From the sequence record NC_105433.1: a stretch of 51,374 bases of DNA, one strand, 5' to 3'. The DNA is from a phage. Each line of letters starts with the position of its first letter. The stretch's first letter is position 1. The notes under the pieces are model-generated. The model saw nothing but the letters and a program-made list of their open reading frames with translations, searched no databases and was not told the origin of the DNA. Below, piece by piece: positions 28,286 to 37,822 of this stretch. Made by a program: the position numbers and the translations under genes.

Positions 28286-30283
28286 ATGATTCCAAATATC
28301 GAAAAACAAATATCAGCGTTAGGCGAGGCAGTAATAAAAAGCATCCAAGAGCGATTCACGGTTGGCAATATAGTGCCTTATCCTTATCAGTGCGTTGCGT
28401 ATGCCGAGATCGCAAAGCGCATGAAAAACTATGAGCATCCTTTCTTTGTTAAGGCTTCTGTGTCGGCTGGTAAAACATTGATGTTTGCGATGGTTGCGGC
28501 GCAATGCCGCAAGATGGGATTGAAAATGATGGTCCTTGCTCGCCAGGCTGAAATTGTTGATCAGGATTCAGAAGAGATCAGCAATCTTGGCGTGCCAAAC
28601 TCAATCTATTGCGCCGGACTGAAAACAAAAAGCGCATACTTTCCGATCGTAGTCGGTTCTGAGGGCACTGTAGTAAACGGATTGTTTAAGTCGTTAGGTG
28701 ATTATGTTCCGCACGTTATCGGTATTGATGAATGTCACCAGGTGGATTGGGAGGATCTCGCCGACGCGATAGAAAATAATGAATCTTACCAGCAGATGAC
28801 CACTAAGAAGGATTTGCCTGTACTGATTGGAGAAGAACAGCAATTTGATTCCAATGGCGATCCAATGTTCGGAACAGGGCGCACACAGTACACCGTAATA
28901 ATCATGGAAATGATGCGCAGGTGTCGCGAGTCATACGGGCACGAATTGCGAATATTCGGTATGACTGGATCTGAGTTTCGCGGCGTGGTTCCAATACTGG
29001 TTGAAGATAAGAACAAAAAGGGATTCTGGCGTGAGCAGGTGACTAACATAGACACAAACTACTTAATCAAATTCGGTTCGGTAGTGCCAACAAATTTCGG
29101 CGACGTAGGCGACCTGGGGTATGACCTTTCAGAGTTCGAAGCCAGTAGCGAGGATGGCGTTTCAGACTTTGACGCTAAAACATTGCGCAAGATGGAAGAA
29201 AAAATCCATCAAGACGCAACAATGACACAGAAAATCATGGCTAAAGTCCATGAGATATGCAAAGACAGGAACGGAGTTTTAGTTACATGCGCAGGGGAAA
29301 GGCACTGCAAGGAGGCCGCCGCCGCACTGCCCCCAGGCGTTGAATACAGGATCATAACTGGCAAGACTGGAGATAATCAGCGTAAAGAGTGGCTGAGGGA
29401 GGCATACGAGGGAAAAGTAAAATACATCTTCCAGGTACAGGCGCTTACCACTGGCGTTAACGTTCCGTTTTGGGATACTTCGGTAATACTGAGAAAGATA
29501 GGATCTCTAACATTGCTCATCCAGCTTTTGGGGCGCGGTATGCGACTGCTTAAGCAATGGCACATTGAGAAGGGATTCAAGAAAAAAGATCATCTTGTAT
29601 TGGATTTTGCAGGTACTATGGATGAGTTAGGGGATTTGTATTTCGATCCAATCCTTGAGCAAGCGCAATTCCAAAAGAGATTTACAAACGGTAAAGAGCC
29701 TAAGACTTGTCCGATATGTGGAACGCTAAACAGTTTTTACGCTCGCCGATGTATGCACGTAGACGATAACGGGAAACGATGTGAGCATTTTTGGACTTAC
29801 AGAATTTGCGAGGACCAGGTAGATCCGAGAACGAAAAAGATAATCAAGCGCGGTTGCGGAACAAAAAACGACGTAGTGGCGAGAGTTTGCCGTTGTTGCG
29901 ATATTTCTCTTGTCGATCCTAACGAGAAGTTAAGCGGCAAGCACTACACCAAAAACGATTGGTGCAACGTTAAATCTTTCCGCGTTGATATGACGAAAAA
30001 CCAAAAAGGAATTGTTTTTTGCTATGAGCTTGAGGCCAACGGCGACACGTTCAAGGCATACGAAAGATTTTTCCCTGAGTCAGAAAGCAACATTTGCCGG
30101 ACGATATGGAGAAAAATAGCATTGCAGCACATACCGGATCGCAAGATTGCTGGTATGGTGGCGAGCTATAGAAATGCGCGTAAAATAATGTCATACGCTC
30201 ATCACATCATGCCTCCTGTACGCGTAACGCATCGCAAAAACGGCAAAGGTGAGGATAACATTGCAAAACGGGAGTTTGTTTAA
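28286..30283 (+). CDS. DNA helicase (SF2, DExH) with C-terminal zinc ribbon
   Basis: 665 aa; Walker A SAGKT; DECH box (IGIDECHQVD); C-terminal CxxC...C cluster. Confidence 0.8.
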   Translation: MIPNIEKQISALGEAVIKSIQERFTVGNIVPYPYQCVAYAEIAKRMKNYEHPFFVKASVSAGKTLMFAMVAAQCRKMGLKMMVLARQAEIVDQDSEEISNLGVPNSIYCAGLKTKSAYFPIVVGSEGTVVNGLFKSLGDYVPHVIGIDECHQVDWEDLADAIENNESYQQMTTKKDLPVLIGEEQQFDSNGDPMFGTGRTQYTVIIMEMMRRCRESYGHELRIFGMTGSEFRGVVPILVEDKNKKGFWREQVTNIDTNYLIKFGSVVPTNFGDVGDLGYDLSEFEASSEDGVSDFDAKTLRKMEEKIHQDATMTQKIMAKVHEICKDRNGVLVTCAGERHCKEAAAALPPGVEYRIITGKTGDNQRKEWLREAYEGKVKYIFQVQALTTGVNVPFWDTSVILRKIGSLTLLIQLLGRGMRLLKQWHIEKGFKKKDHLVLDFAGTMDELGDLYFDPILEQAQFQKRFTNGKEPKTCPICGTLNSFYARRCMHVDDNGKRCEHFWTYRICEDQVDPRTKKIIKRGCGTKNDVVARVCRCCDISLVDPNEKLSGKHYTKNDWCNVKSFRVDMTKNQKGIVFCYELEANGDTFKAYERFFPESESNICRTIWRKIALQHIPDRKIAGMVASYRNARKIMSYAHHIMPPVRVTHRKNGKGEDNIAKREFV

Positions 30284-30702
30284 TGGCTATAACTGATAAA
30301 GGCGATTATCTTGAGTTTTACGAAAGGGATCCAACCGACACGAGAAGGGAAGTTAATCACCAGATAGATAGTTTTCAGTGGTTGAGTTATGCTCATCCTT
30401 ATTTGCTGGCGTGGCATACGGTAAACGAGAATGAGAAGTCTAAAGCAACGGCGATGATTGATCAGCAGTCCGGCTTGGTTAAGGGAGTAAGCGATTTCAT
30501 CATCCTGATTGGTTTAAACGGAAAATACCCCTTTGCAGCTATTGAGATCAAACGAGTGAATAAATCAGGCAAGGGGAAAGCATCACCAGTCAGCGATGAA
30601 CAAAAGGCTTTTTTGCGTCGCGTTCGCAGCTTAGGAGGATTCGCTGCGGTAGCCTACGGATTCAATCAGTTTAAGTTGGCTATTGAATACATGCTTAAAT
30701 AG
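30283..30702 (+). CDS. VRR-NUC-type nuclease (putative)
   Basis: 139 aa; ATGA overlap with the helicase; ...SDFIILIGLNG...AIEIKR segment resembles the PD-(D/E)XK core; by recollection only. Confidence 0.45.
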   Translation: MAITDKGDYLEFYERDPTDTRREVNHQIDSFQWLSYAHPYLLAWHTVNENEKSKATAMIDQQSGLVKGVSDFIILIGLNGKYPFAAIEIKRVNKSGKGKASPVSDEQKAFLRRVRSLGGFAAVAYGFNQFKLAIEYMLK

Positions 30703-30742
30703 CACTTTTTGTTAAAACTGGCGCGATGGATTGCGCCATAAT
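30698..30742 (+). promoter_or_regulatory. Box-type promoter cassette (box, hairpin, CATAAT)
   Basis: aatagcactttttgttaaaac overlapping the upstream TAG stop; hairpin ggcgc-gatggatt-gcgcc; cataat 22 nt after ttgtta. Confidence 0.5.
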
Positions 30743-30782
30743 TCAATAACACGAGATGGCTTTTAATAGCGGAGAAATGAAA

Positions 30783-31508
30783 ATGGCTAAAGATATTTTA
30801 GATAAAGACACCCATGACGCATTCGTTAGCTTTGAGCAGTTGGAGAGAGAAACGTTTATAGGGAATGCCCTTGCAACTGGAGGCCATTACCAGGCAGTAA
30901 AGCCAAATCAATATTATAAGGTAAGCGGAAACCGATACGCTGGAAGCACTACGCCGGACGTTGTGCGAGATATGTGGAGCACGCCTCAAGAGATCGTGGA
31001 GTGGATGGAATCAGAATTTGGTGAATACGATCTCGACGCGGCAGCAAGCCAGGAAAACGCAGTTTGCGAGAAGTTCTATAGCAAGGAGACAAACTGCTTA
31101 AAGCGTTGGTGGGGTAGAAACAAGCACGTATGGCTTAACCCGCCGTACAGCAACCCAACTCCATTTATCAAGAAAGCAATTGAGCAAATGGAGCACAACA
31201 ACCAAATTGATGTTTTGTTGCCAGCAGACAACTCTACAGCATGGTTTTATGAGGCGCAGAAAAACGCGGCTGAAATTATCTGGATCACTGGCGAGGTTTA
31301 CGAAGAGGGTGGAGTAGAATACTCCCGCACCGGAAGAATTGCCTTTGTGTCTGGATTGACTGGTGAGCCTGTGCAGGGCAACAACAAGGGAAGCGTGATT
31401 TTTGTCATGCGCAAACTTAAAGAAGGCGAGGAGCAGAAAACGCGATACGTTAAGATCAGCGATATTTGCCCTTCTGTAACCGAACGTCGCGCACGCAAAC
31501 GGAGCTAA
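30783..31508 (+). CDS. dam: DNA N6-adenine methyltransferase (Dam-like)
   Basis: ORF frame 30756..31508; ATG at 30783 has RBS ggag; NPPY catalytic motif (WLNPPYSN). Confidence 0.75.
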   Translation: MAKDILDKDTHDAFVSFEQLERETFIGNALATGGHYQAVKPNQYYKVSGNRYAGSTTPDVVRDMWSTPQEIVEWMESEFGEYDLDAAASQENAVCEKFYSKETNCLKRWWGRNKHVWLNPPYSNPTPFIKKAIEQMEHNNQIDVLLPADNSTAWFYEAQKNAAEIIWITGEVYEEGGVEYSRTGRIAFVSGLTGEPVQGNNKGSVIFVMRKLKEGEEQKTRYVKISDICPSVTERRARKRS

Positions 31509-31512
31509 AACG

Positions 31513-31770
31513 ATGGAAAAAGAGAGAAGCGTTTATTTAAATGAAACTGGTGAGTGGTTGTTATTTCGCGCTATGGTGTGCGATGCACTTGATAAAAACC
31601 CTAACGTGAAAAAGATGATTGATTGCGATCCGTGGGAATTTTCAAGCGCATTAGATATGAGCTTTGAGGAGACAAGAAAACTCCCTCTTGAAAAATGGCA
31701 CGAACAAATCAGAAATGACATGCAAGAGTTTGTCGATTCGTGGAATTTTCAGCACGGAATGATCCACTAA
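31513..31770 (+). CDS. Hypothetical protein
   Basis: 85 aa; stop embedded in the following box copy. Confidence 0.5.
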   Translation: MEKERSVYLNETGEWLLFRAMVCDALDKNPNVKKMIDCDPWEFSSALDMSFEETRKLPLEKWHEQIRNDMQEFVDSWNFQHGMIH

Positions 31771-31813
31771 TAGCACTTTTTGTTAAAACGCCCGGCCTAG
31801 TGTCGGGCATAAT
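31769..31813 (+). promoter_or_regulatory. Box-type promoter cassette (box, hairpin, CATAAT)
   Basis: aatagcactttttgttaaaac; hairpin gcccg-gcctagtgt-cgggc; cataat at about 31808-31813. Confidence 0.5.
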
Positions 31814-31845
31814 TATTTCAACGAAGCAAACATGAGGAAATAAAA

Positions 31846-32025
31846 ATGGTGGTATTCGATAAACGCGCTTTTAACCTTGCTCAAGAAGTAGCAAAAGGTT
31901 CAGTGGATGGCGGTTCAAAGGAAGGATTCCAGTTTGATTGGGAGATCGCAATGTTTTTACTGAAAGTTGCATACGGTCACGCGCCAATTGAACAAGCGGA
32001 GGCATATTATAAGCATGAAGGTTGA
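31846..32025 (+). CDS. Small hypothetical protein (59 aa), absent from the ORF track
   Basis: ATG at 31846 with RBS gagg; reads MVVFDKRAFNLAQEVAKGS... to a TGA at 32023-32025. Confidence 0.4.
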   Translation: MVVFDKRAFNLAQEVAKGSVDGGSKEGFQFDWEIAMFLLKVAYGHAPIEQAEAYYKHEG

Positions 32026-32257
32026 GCAAGGTAGAGATGCGGTATGGAATCACGCTAAAGAATGCGGAATAGCCGACGATATAAAGAAGATCGCGCAATA
32101 CTTTGATATTGCAGATGTGAGCATAATTAGCGGCGACAAGATGACTTTCCTCAAGGAAAGGCCGCGAAAAATGGTAAGAGTTCCAGCAGTTCCAACAAAA
32201 ATTGATTTCAAAGAGGCAATGGCTAAAATCCGAGAGCCTCGCAAATATTATAAATGA
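32015..32257 (+). CDS. Hypothetical protein
   Basis: Frame of ORF 31967..32257; internal ATG at 32015 preceded by ggagg, overlapping the end of the small ORF. Confidence 0.4.
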   Translation: MKVEQGRDAVWNHAKECGIADDIKKIAQYFDIADVSIISGDKMTFLKERPRKMVRVPAVPTKIDFKEAMAKIREPRKYYK

Positions 32258-32351
32258 GGATAGTTATCATGTGGCGCTTGTTTGTTCTACCGTTACCCGT
32301 TATCATCGCTGTTACAGTTATGTACCATATAGTGATGAGATAGGTAGCAGA

Positions 32352-33467
32352 ATGAAAAATGTAAAAATTACAGATGAGCAATTCAAGATCGAACGGGCGG
32401 CAGGTAAGACATATAAACAGATCGCTCAAGAGTACGGAATGAATGTGAGAAGCGTTGAGCGTCGCGCGGCGCGTCTTGCAAAGCAAGGACAGTTATCGAC
32501 CATCGGAGCGCCTGGTTTTGGTGTTCATGGTGAGTCAGTAATGACTGACAAAGAAGGAAATATAATCCTCAAGTGGACCAAAACCAGCAAGGATAAAGAG
32601 CAATTAGAGGCACTGATGCGCGCAGCTATGGAGGCGTTTAGCGAGGAAGTGCCGCGATTAGATCCAGTTCCATTGCAGGAGCGTAACTATAATGAAACGC
32701 TTTCATTGTATCCGATCTTTGACATGCACTTAGGAGCTATGGCCCATAAGCACGAATGCGGCGAAAATTGGGATACTGCGACGGCAGAGCGCGTTATGAA
32801 TAACTTTATCGACTATGCTTTGATGTGCGCACCGGACAGCGAAAAGGCTGTTATCCTGATTGGTGGCGATATGCTGCATAGCGACGGACTGGAGGCGGTG
32901 ACACCTGCAAGCGGTCACGTACTTGATCAAGATAGCCGATATGCAAAATTGGTTTACGTTGCAATACGTGCAATTCGCCGCGCAATTAATAAAATGCTGT
33001 TAAAGCATAAACATGTTGAGGTCCAGATCGTAGAGGGCAATCACGACCAATCAGGAATGATTTGGCTACGCGCAGCAATGGCGGCAGCATATGAGAACGA
33101 GCCGCGCGTTTACGTTGATGTTTCTCCTCGCGTTGTTCACCACACGCAATACGGAAAAACTTTCCTTGCGTACCATCACGGGCACACAGTGCGTAAACCG
33201 GAGACTTTGCTAATGATGTGCGCGTCAGATTGGCGGGAGGACTTCGGAAACTCAAAAACGATGTATGCGCACGTAGGGCACTGGCATCACCAGACCGTAA
33301 CAGAAACGTCGCTTGGCATCGTGGAGGTGCATAGCACCCTGGCGGCAAAAGACGCATACGCCGCGCGAGGTGGCTGGAGATCTCGACGCCGTGCAGCGGT
33401 TATCATTTACGACAAAGAGCATGGAGAAGTGGGGCGATTTGTTCACTATCCAGAAATGATGAGTTGA
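32352..33467 (+). CDS. Metallophosphoesterase (calcineurin-like) with N-terminal HTH domain
   Basis: Frame of ORF 32202..33467; ATG at 32352; HTH-like TYKQIAQEYGMNVRSVERR; phosphoesterase motifs GDMLHSDG, GNHD, GHWHH. Confidence 0.55.
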   Translation: MKNVKITDEQFKIERAAGKTYKQIAQEYGMNVRSVERRAARLAKQGQLSTIGAPGFGVHGESVMTDKEGNIILKWTKTSKDKEQLEALMRAAMEAFSEEVPRLDPVPLQERNYNETLSLYPIFDMHLGAMAHKHECGENWDTATAERVMNNFIDYALMCAPDSEKAVILIGGDMLHSDGLEAVTPASGHVLDQDSRYAKLVYVAIRAIRRAINKMLLKHKHVEVQIVEGNHDQSGMIWLRAAMAAAYENEPRVYVDVSPRVVHHTQYGKTFLAYHHGHTVRKPETLLMMCASDWREDFGNSKTMYAHVGHWHHQTVTETSLGIVEVHSTLAAKDAYAARGGWRSRRRAAVIIYDKEHGEVGRFVHYPEMMS

Positions 33468-33513
33468 TGAATTTTTATTTAAATCAATGACAAATTAAAT
33501 CAAAAACTTGCAA

Positions 33514-33543
33514 AGGGGCGGCGTTTGTCGCCTCTTTTTTTTG
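33514..33543 (+). terminator. Intrinsic terminator
   Basis: aggggcg-gcgtttgt-cgcctct followed by tttttttt. Confidence 0.55.
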
Positions 33544-33612
33544 TTTAATTTTTTACCATGTGCGTTTATCATGCGGTCAATATATTGACTTTAATTAATA
33601 TGGAGAATAAAA

Positions 33613-33828
33613 ATGAAAGATTTTATTAACGCAGCTACCGCCGGATCTGGCGGTTCATCTATCGCAAGCGCCGCTACAGGGCAGTTAACCATTGCTATTG
33701 CCAGTTTTATTTTAATGGCTGCATTCGGTGCGTGGGGCGCTTACCTTCGCTGGCGTGATAGTAAAAAATTCCACGAGGCGATCGAAAAAGGTGATATTCA
33801 AAAAGCTATTGAGATCAGGGGCAAGTAA
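33613..33828 (+). CDS. Holin (pinholin-like, putative)
   Basis: 71 aa; weakly hydrophobic Gly/Ala/Ser-rich first segment and strong second transmembrane segment; charged C-terminus; directly upstream of the endolysin. Confidence 0.6.
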   Translation: MKDFINAATAGSGGSSIASAATGQLTIAIASFILMAAFGAWGAYLRWRDSKKFHEAIEKGDIQKAIEIRGK

Positions 33829-34319
33829 TGAGCATAAAGAACAGGGTAGCGGCTGCGGCCTTTGGCGTTGCGGTTGCCTTGACTTCTCCACTTCTTGAAG
33901 AGATCGAAGGGGTAAGATACAAGCCATACAAAGATATTGCGGGGGTATGGACGGTTTGCGCAGGAATCACCGGACCAGATGTTATCCTGGGGAAAACGTA
34001 CACTAAAAAAGAGTGTGATGCTTTGTTGGCTAAACATATCCAGGTTGCTAAAAAAGAAGTTGACAAGCAGGTTAAGGTTGACATTCCTGATAGTATGCGT
34101 GCAGCAATGTACTCATTCACTTATAATGCAGGCGTGGGAGCTTTCAGAAATTCAACAATGCTGAAACTCATCAACCAGGGGAAATTAAAAGATGCTTGCG
34201 ATCAGCTTTATCGTTGGACGTATTACCATAACCCCAAAACAGGAAGGCGCGAGAAGTCTAAAGGCTTACTTAACAGGCGCAAGGTCGAATACAAATATTG
34301 CACAATGGATCTGAAATGA
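33828..34319 (+). CDS. SAR endolysin (lysozyme, glycoside hydrolase 24-like)
   Basis: 163 aa; N-terminal Ala/Gly-rich signal-anchor-release-like segment; catalytic-triad-like spacing E(GVRY)...D(IAG)...T(VCAG). Confidence 0.75.
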   Translation: MSIKNRVAAAAFGVAVALTSPLLEEIEGVRYKPYKDIAGVWTVCAGITGPDVILGKTYTKKECDALLAKHIQVAKKEVDKQVKVDIPDSMRAAMYSFTYNAGVGAFRNSTMLKLINQGKLKDACDQLYRWTYYHNPKTGRREKSKGLLNRRKVEYKYCTMDLK

Positions 34320-34711
34320 TGAAGAAATTTTTACTTACACCAATCGCAATGGCGGTGATCTTGTCTGGATGTTCAAGCGTTACGCCACTGACCGGATTAA
34401 TCGGCAGTAAGCCGGAAATCACAGCACAGGCTGGCGCGAAGAACGTAAAGCAGACAGTTGGCATTACAGCAAAGCAGGACGCCAGCACAAAACAGAAAAC
34501 CACAATAAAGGAATCTGCGGTTGACAAGGTGGACACGTCCAGCAAGAAGGATTTCACAACATCAACCATTCAGGCCAATACCATCAAGGCAGACAAAATT
34601 CAGGTCGTGCAGGGTAATAACGGCAGATGGTACGATCCAATAATCATATGCGTGGTTGTGTTAATTGTGCTGATTTGTCTTTACTGGAGAGAAAAGAAAA
34701 AGGAGGCTTAA
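34316..34711 (+). CDS. Unimolecular spanin (T1 gp11-like)
   Basis: Frame of ORF 34298..34711; ATG at 34316 overlaps the endolysin stop; lipobox LSGC plus C-terminal transmembrane segment [16 protein letters not shown] in one polypeptide. Confidence 0.75.
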   Translation: MMKKFLLTPIAMAVILSGCSSVTPLTGLIGSKPEITAQAGAKNVKQTVGITAKQDASTKQKTTIKESAVDKVDTSSKKDFTTSTIQANTIKADKIQVVQGNNGRWYDPIIICVVVLIVLICLYWREKKKEA

Positions 34712-34727
34712 TGCCTCCTTTATTTTT
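34701..34727. terminator. Bidirectional terminator between the spanin (+) and minus-strand genes
   Basis: aggaggc-ttaat-gcctcct hairpin containing the spanin stop codon, followed by ttatttttat. Confidence 0.55.
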
Positions 34728-34950
34728 ATGCGTCGGGCCACATATGAGTTTCGTTTGTTGGCTTGTTCGATTCGTCGTACTGCCTTACTTCAATGCTGCA
34801 AGTGTCGCCATACATTTCTGCAATCTTGCGCTCATTTTCAACAGCCGATTGCTCACTCCATCCAAAATCCCTGTCATAAATTGTCGGGATTTCAGCAGAA
34901 GATCCGTTGTCATGATTATATACGCGAACTACTAAAAACTTGCTGGACAT
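34726..34950 (-). CDS. Hypothetical protein
   Basis: 74 aa; preceded on the minus strand by a box cassette and an RBS. Confidence 0.5.
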   Translation of the reverse strand: MSSKFLVVRVYNHDNGSSAEIPTIYDRDFGWSEQSAVENERKIAEMYGDTCSIEVRQYDESNKPTNETHMWPDA

Positions 34951-34986
34951 AATTTTACCTTTTGGTTGTTTCGTTTCGATGAAACA

Positions 34987-35031
34987 AATATACCCGACAC
35001 TAGGCCGGGCTTTTTAACAAAAAATGCTATT
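34987..35031 (-). promoter_or_regulatory. Box-type promoter cassette (minus strand)
   Basis: Minus strand: aatagcattttttgttaaaa, hairpin gcccggcctagtgtcggg, then tatatt 22 nt after ttgtta. Confidence 0.45.
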
Positions 35032-35221
35032 CCATACGCTTTACCGTAACCAGTAATACACCATCATCATTGCATAAAACATGTTCAGTGGTGCTAAAAG
35101 CGCGCATATCTGAATAAAGTAGCGTAAGTAAAGCATGAATAAAATCCTCATGTGATATTGAATTTACGGCGCAGTGCTTCAAGATCTTGTCTATTAGCTT
35201 TTGCCTGGAACAATTCATCAT
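35027..35221 (-). CDS. Possible small ORF (doubtful)
   Basis: 64 aa ORF whose N-terminal half overlaps 35148..35543 in another frame; its stop lies within the box. Confidence 0.2.
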   Translation of the reverse strand: MMNCSRQKLIDKILKHCAVNSISHEDFIHALLTLLYSDMRAFSTTEHVLCNDDGVLLVTVKRME

Positions 35222-35543
35222 CGCCCATCTCCCCTATTCTAGCCATATCCCTGATCCAGTCGTTGCGCATACCATCCAGGCTATACAATTCGAATCCGAA
35301 AGGCCGCTTTGACGATCCTTTGGACCAGTATTTACCGCAGACCCCATCTATATAGCCAGCCGTCATCATTCTTGCGCAAAATTCCTTAGATGCAAGGCTG
35401 GCGAACATTCGCGGCGTAAGTCCGGCGGCCCGTGCGAGCCGCTCACATTCTCTATGCTGATAGATAAATTTGGCTATGTGCTGCCTGTTAAACCAGTCGT
35501 ATGACTCACACCATTTATACAGATCAAGCAAAAACATAATCAT
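35148..35543 (-). CDS. Hypothetical protein
   Basis: 131 aa; start overlaps the stop of the upstream 526-aa gene. Confidence 0.5.
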   Translation of the reverse strand: MIMFLLDLYKWCESYDWFNRQHIAKFIYQHRECERLARAAGLTPRMFASLASKEFCARMMTAGYIDGVCGKYWSKGSSKRPFGFELYSLDGMRNDWIRDMARIGEMGDDELFQAKANRQDLEALRRKFNIT

Positions 35544-37120
35544 CCCAGCAGTATTGGATTGACAAAAATAACACCATTAATCACACAAACATAATTTCTT
35601 TCTTCCAGCATTGGCAGCAAGTGCCCTTCTATCCTCTTCATTACGCCAGCCTGACCAACGAAAGGTTTTACCTTTCTCGCTGATTCGTACAGGGCGCGAA
35701 TATTCAGAATCCCTTTATTAGCCTTGCCGTGTCTAGTGATCAATTCAATCAATTTGCCCATTTCAGCATCATCACCAGCATAACCAGAAGCATTGGCGGC
35801 GCTAATGTATGTTTTGCTCAATTCCTGAAACATGATCAACGCCTCTTGCATTGTTTCCACGTCGATCTCTTTCGACTTCTGCGGGTATCCAGCAGGATTA
35901 AACCAGTTGCGGATAACATGCAGGACGGAAGCAAGCCTGATCACCTGTTTATCCATTTTACCCAGCGCACCGCGTAACATTGTATGAGAATACTTTCCGC
36001 CGTCTGCAAGATGCGGTTCCATATCCTGGCGAGCAATGTTGAGCACTCGCATAGCTGAACGGCTTATTTTCAGCGATATATTTGATTCGCTCATGATGTT
36101 ATGCACCAATTGATAATATTGGGCCTTCAATTCAGGATCTACCGCCTCATAGGTAGAATCACCATTTTCATCAATGAATGAGCGACGGCCTAAGAATGAT
36201 TCCTCACGGACCAACAAAAAGCGCTCACTCACACCGATACCGCGCGATCCAGCGTCCATGATTCCGCTTATCGTTTCATCCTGGGCTATAACGCTCATAC
36301 ATCCAAGCGCGCGAAAACTCATGTTATTGTCAGCATTAGCACGGGCAATTGATACGTGACCATTATCCCACGCCTTAAGCACTAGCTCGCTGTTAGTCTT
36401 CCTTTCGCTATTGGCATAGGTCAAGCCTAACAGGCTGTTAATACTTGTTGCTTCGTCAGATATTACGGCAAAGTTACCTTGCTTGTTGTTGATTTTCGCC
36501 AAGCCTTCTGGAGTGGTATCTGAAACAGGGAAAGTTATATCACACATCTTTTCCAGCTTCTCCTCCAGATCCTCTTTTTCCTGGTATAGAGATTCCATAT
36601 CAGCGCCGGACCTTTCGCTTTTCATCTCCTTTGCAAGACCTGCCAACTTTGCCTGTATTTTCTTTCTTTCCTTGCGGCGTTGCTCGTTGATCTTCTCAAC
36701 TTCCGCAATCATCGGAGCAATAGCCATACTGTTGATCGCAGATTTACCAGTTGACGGCGGCTGGCTTGTAACTACGTAAAGCGCAGTCGGCTGATCGGTT
36801 CCGTGATAGTCAACCGTAAAGCGTCCAAGCATAGCGGCAGAAATGCAGCCGATAAAGTGCATGTAAGCCGATGATTCAGGGAATTGAACGGATCGCGCAA
36901 TACTGCGTGATAACTTTCCGACAACATCAATATCATTACCAAGAGAAATTACGGGGTAGCGATCGTGACCGCTATTTACATCCTTCACGTCGCCCCAAAA
37001 GCTGGACGACTGGCGATAGCCGTTAGCCTGAATTGATACGCGAACTGGCGAAAGGTTCTGGCTTTCAGCCATAGCGATTATTTGCTGTGGAGTTAATTTG
37101 TTCGTTTCTAATGAAAACAT
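35540..37120 (-). CDS. Hypothetical 526-aa protein with P-loop-like motif (DUF3987/YfjI-like replication-associated protein, tentative)
   Basis: RBS aaggag; deviant Walker A-like QPPSTGKSA; central coiled-coil-like Lys/Glu-rich stretch; largest gene of the leftward block. Confidence 0.45.
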   Translation of the reverse strand: MFSLETNKLTPQQIIAMAESQNLSPVRVSIQANGYRQSSSFWGDVKDVNSGHDRYPVISLGNDIDVVGKLSRSIARSVQFPESSAYMHFIGCISAAMLGRFTVDYHGTDQPTALYVVTSQPPSTGKSAINSMAIAPMIAEVEKINEQRRKERKKIQAKLAGLAKEMKSERSGADMESLYQEKEDLEEKLEKMCDITFPVSDTTPEGLAKINNKQGNFAVISDEATSINSLLGLTYANSERKTNSELVLKAWDNGHVSIARANADNNMSFRALGCMSVIAQDETISGIMDAGSRGIGVSERFLLVREESFLGRRSFIDENGDSTYEAVDPELKAQYYQLVHNIMSESNISLKISRSAMRVLNIARQDMEPHLADGGKYSHTMLRGALGKMDKQVIRLASVLHVIRNWFNPAGYPQKSKEIDVETMQEALIMFQELSKTYISAANASGYAGDDAEMGKLIELITRHGKANKGILNIRALYESARKVKPFVGQAGVMKRIEGHLLPMLEERNYVCVINGVIFVNPILLG

Positions 37121-37140
37121 TCGTTAGCTTCTCCTTTGTG

Positions 37141-37193
37141 GGCCGTAAATTTTAACGGCCCAATACTACCCCGTTTTGTCAAAAAGTGCTATT
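37141..37193 (-). promoter_or_regulatory. Box-type promoter cassette with consensus TTGACA and hairpin-enclosed -10
   Basis: Minus strand: aaatagcactttttgacaaaac, 22 nt, taaaat; the -10 lies in the loop of the ggccgt...acggcc stem. Confidence 0.5.
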
Positions 37194-37410
37194 TGATCCG
37201 CTCTATTGCAACCAGAAGTCGATCAGGCTGGCAGTCGCTGTAGCATTCTCCTGTAATCCCATCCTTAAACGTAAAGTAAAGCGCCTTATGATATGAAAAA
37301 CCAATCAGCCAACCTACCGCCGTTTTTTTGATGGGCCTGACTATATCGCCAGGCTTGAAAGTCTTTGTGGTAGAATGCGTTACTTTGTAACGGTTTTCAC
37401 TATTTATCAC
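37189..37410 (-). CDS. Hypothetical protein
   Basis: 73 aa; stop embedded in the box. Confidence 0.5.
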   Translation of the reverse strand: MINSENRYKVTHSTTKTFKPGDIVRPIKKTAVGWLIGFSYHKALYFTFKDGITGECYSDCQPDRLLVAIERIK

Positions 37411-37793
37411 AGATATTTGCCCTCAAACAGATAACAGCCGCCAGCAGAGAATCCGACCTCTTCACGGTACAGGTTCCAGCGGTCGCCGCACTCATCAAAA
37501 ACATAACCCGCAACGCTTCCAAGCGGTCGCCCTTTCTCGATCTGGTATCGCTTGCCCTGCTTAAAGTGCTTTTTGCACGGCATGTTATGATCTACAAACG
37601 TGCAAAGAACGGTTTTTGTGTTAATGGCGCGGTAATCATCTCGGTTTGCTGGAAGCCAGCGGCTACCCTTAACAAGCGTCTTAACCTGGAACTCCTCCAC
37701 CTCGATCACATCATCACTTCCTGCAATCTTCTGATAAACCGTTTTAAAACGGCCTTTCATCAATACGTTGGTTTCATTACAGATAACATTCAT
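37407..37793 (-). CDS. Hypothetical protein
   Basis: 128 aa; RBS aaggag; preceded by a box cassette. Confidence 0.55.
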   Translation of the reverse strand: MNVICNETNVLMKGRFKTVYQKIAGSDDVIEVEEFQVKTLVKGSRWLPANRDDYRAINTKTVLCTFVDHNMPCKKHFKQGKRYQIEKGRPLGSVAGYVFDECGDRWNLYREEVGFSAGGCYLFEGKYL

Positions 37794-37822
37794 GATCAGA
37801 TCTCCTTTGTTTGTTCGATGTG

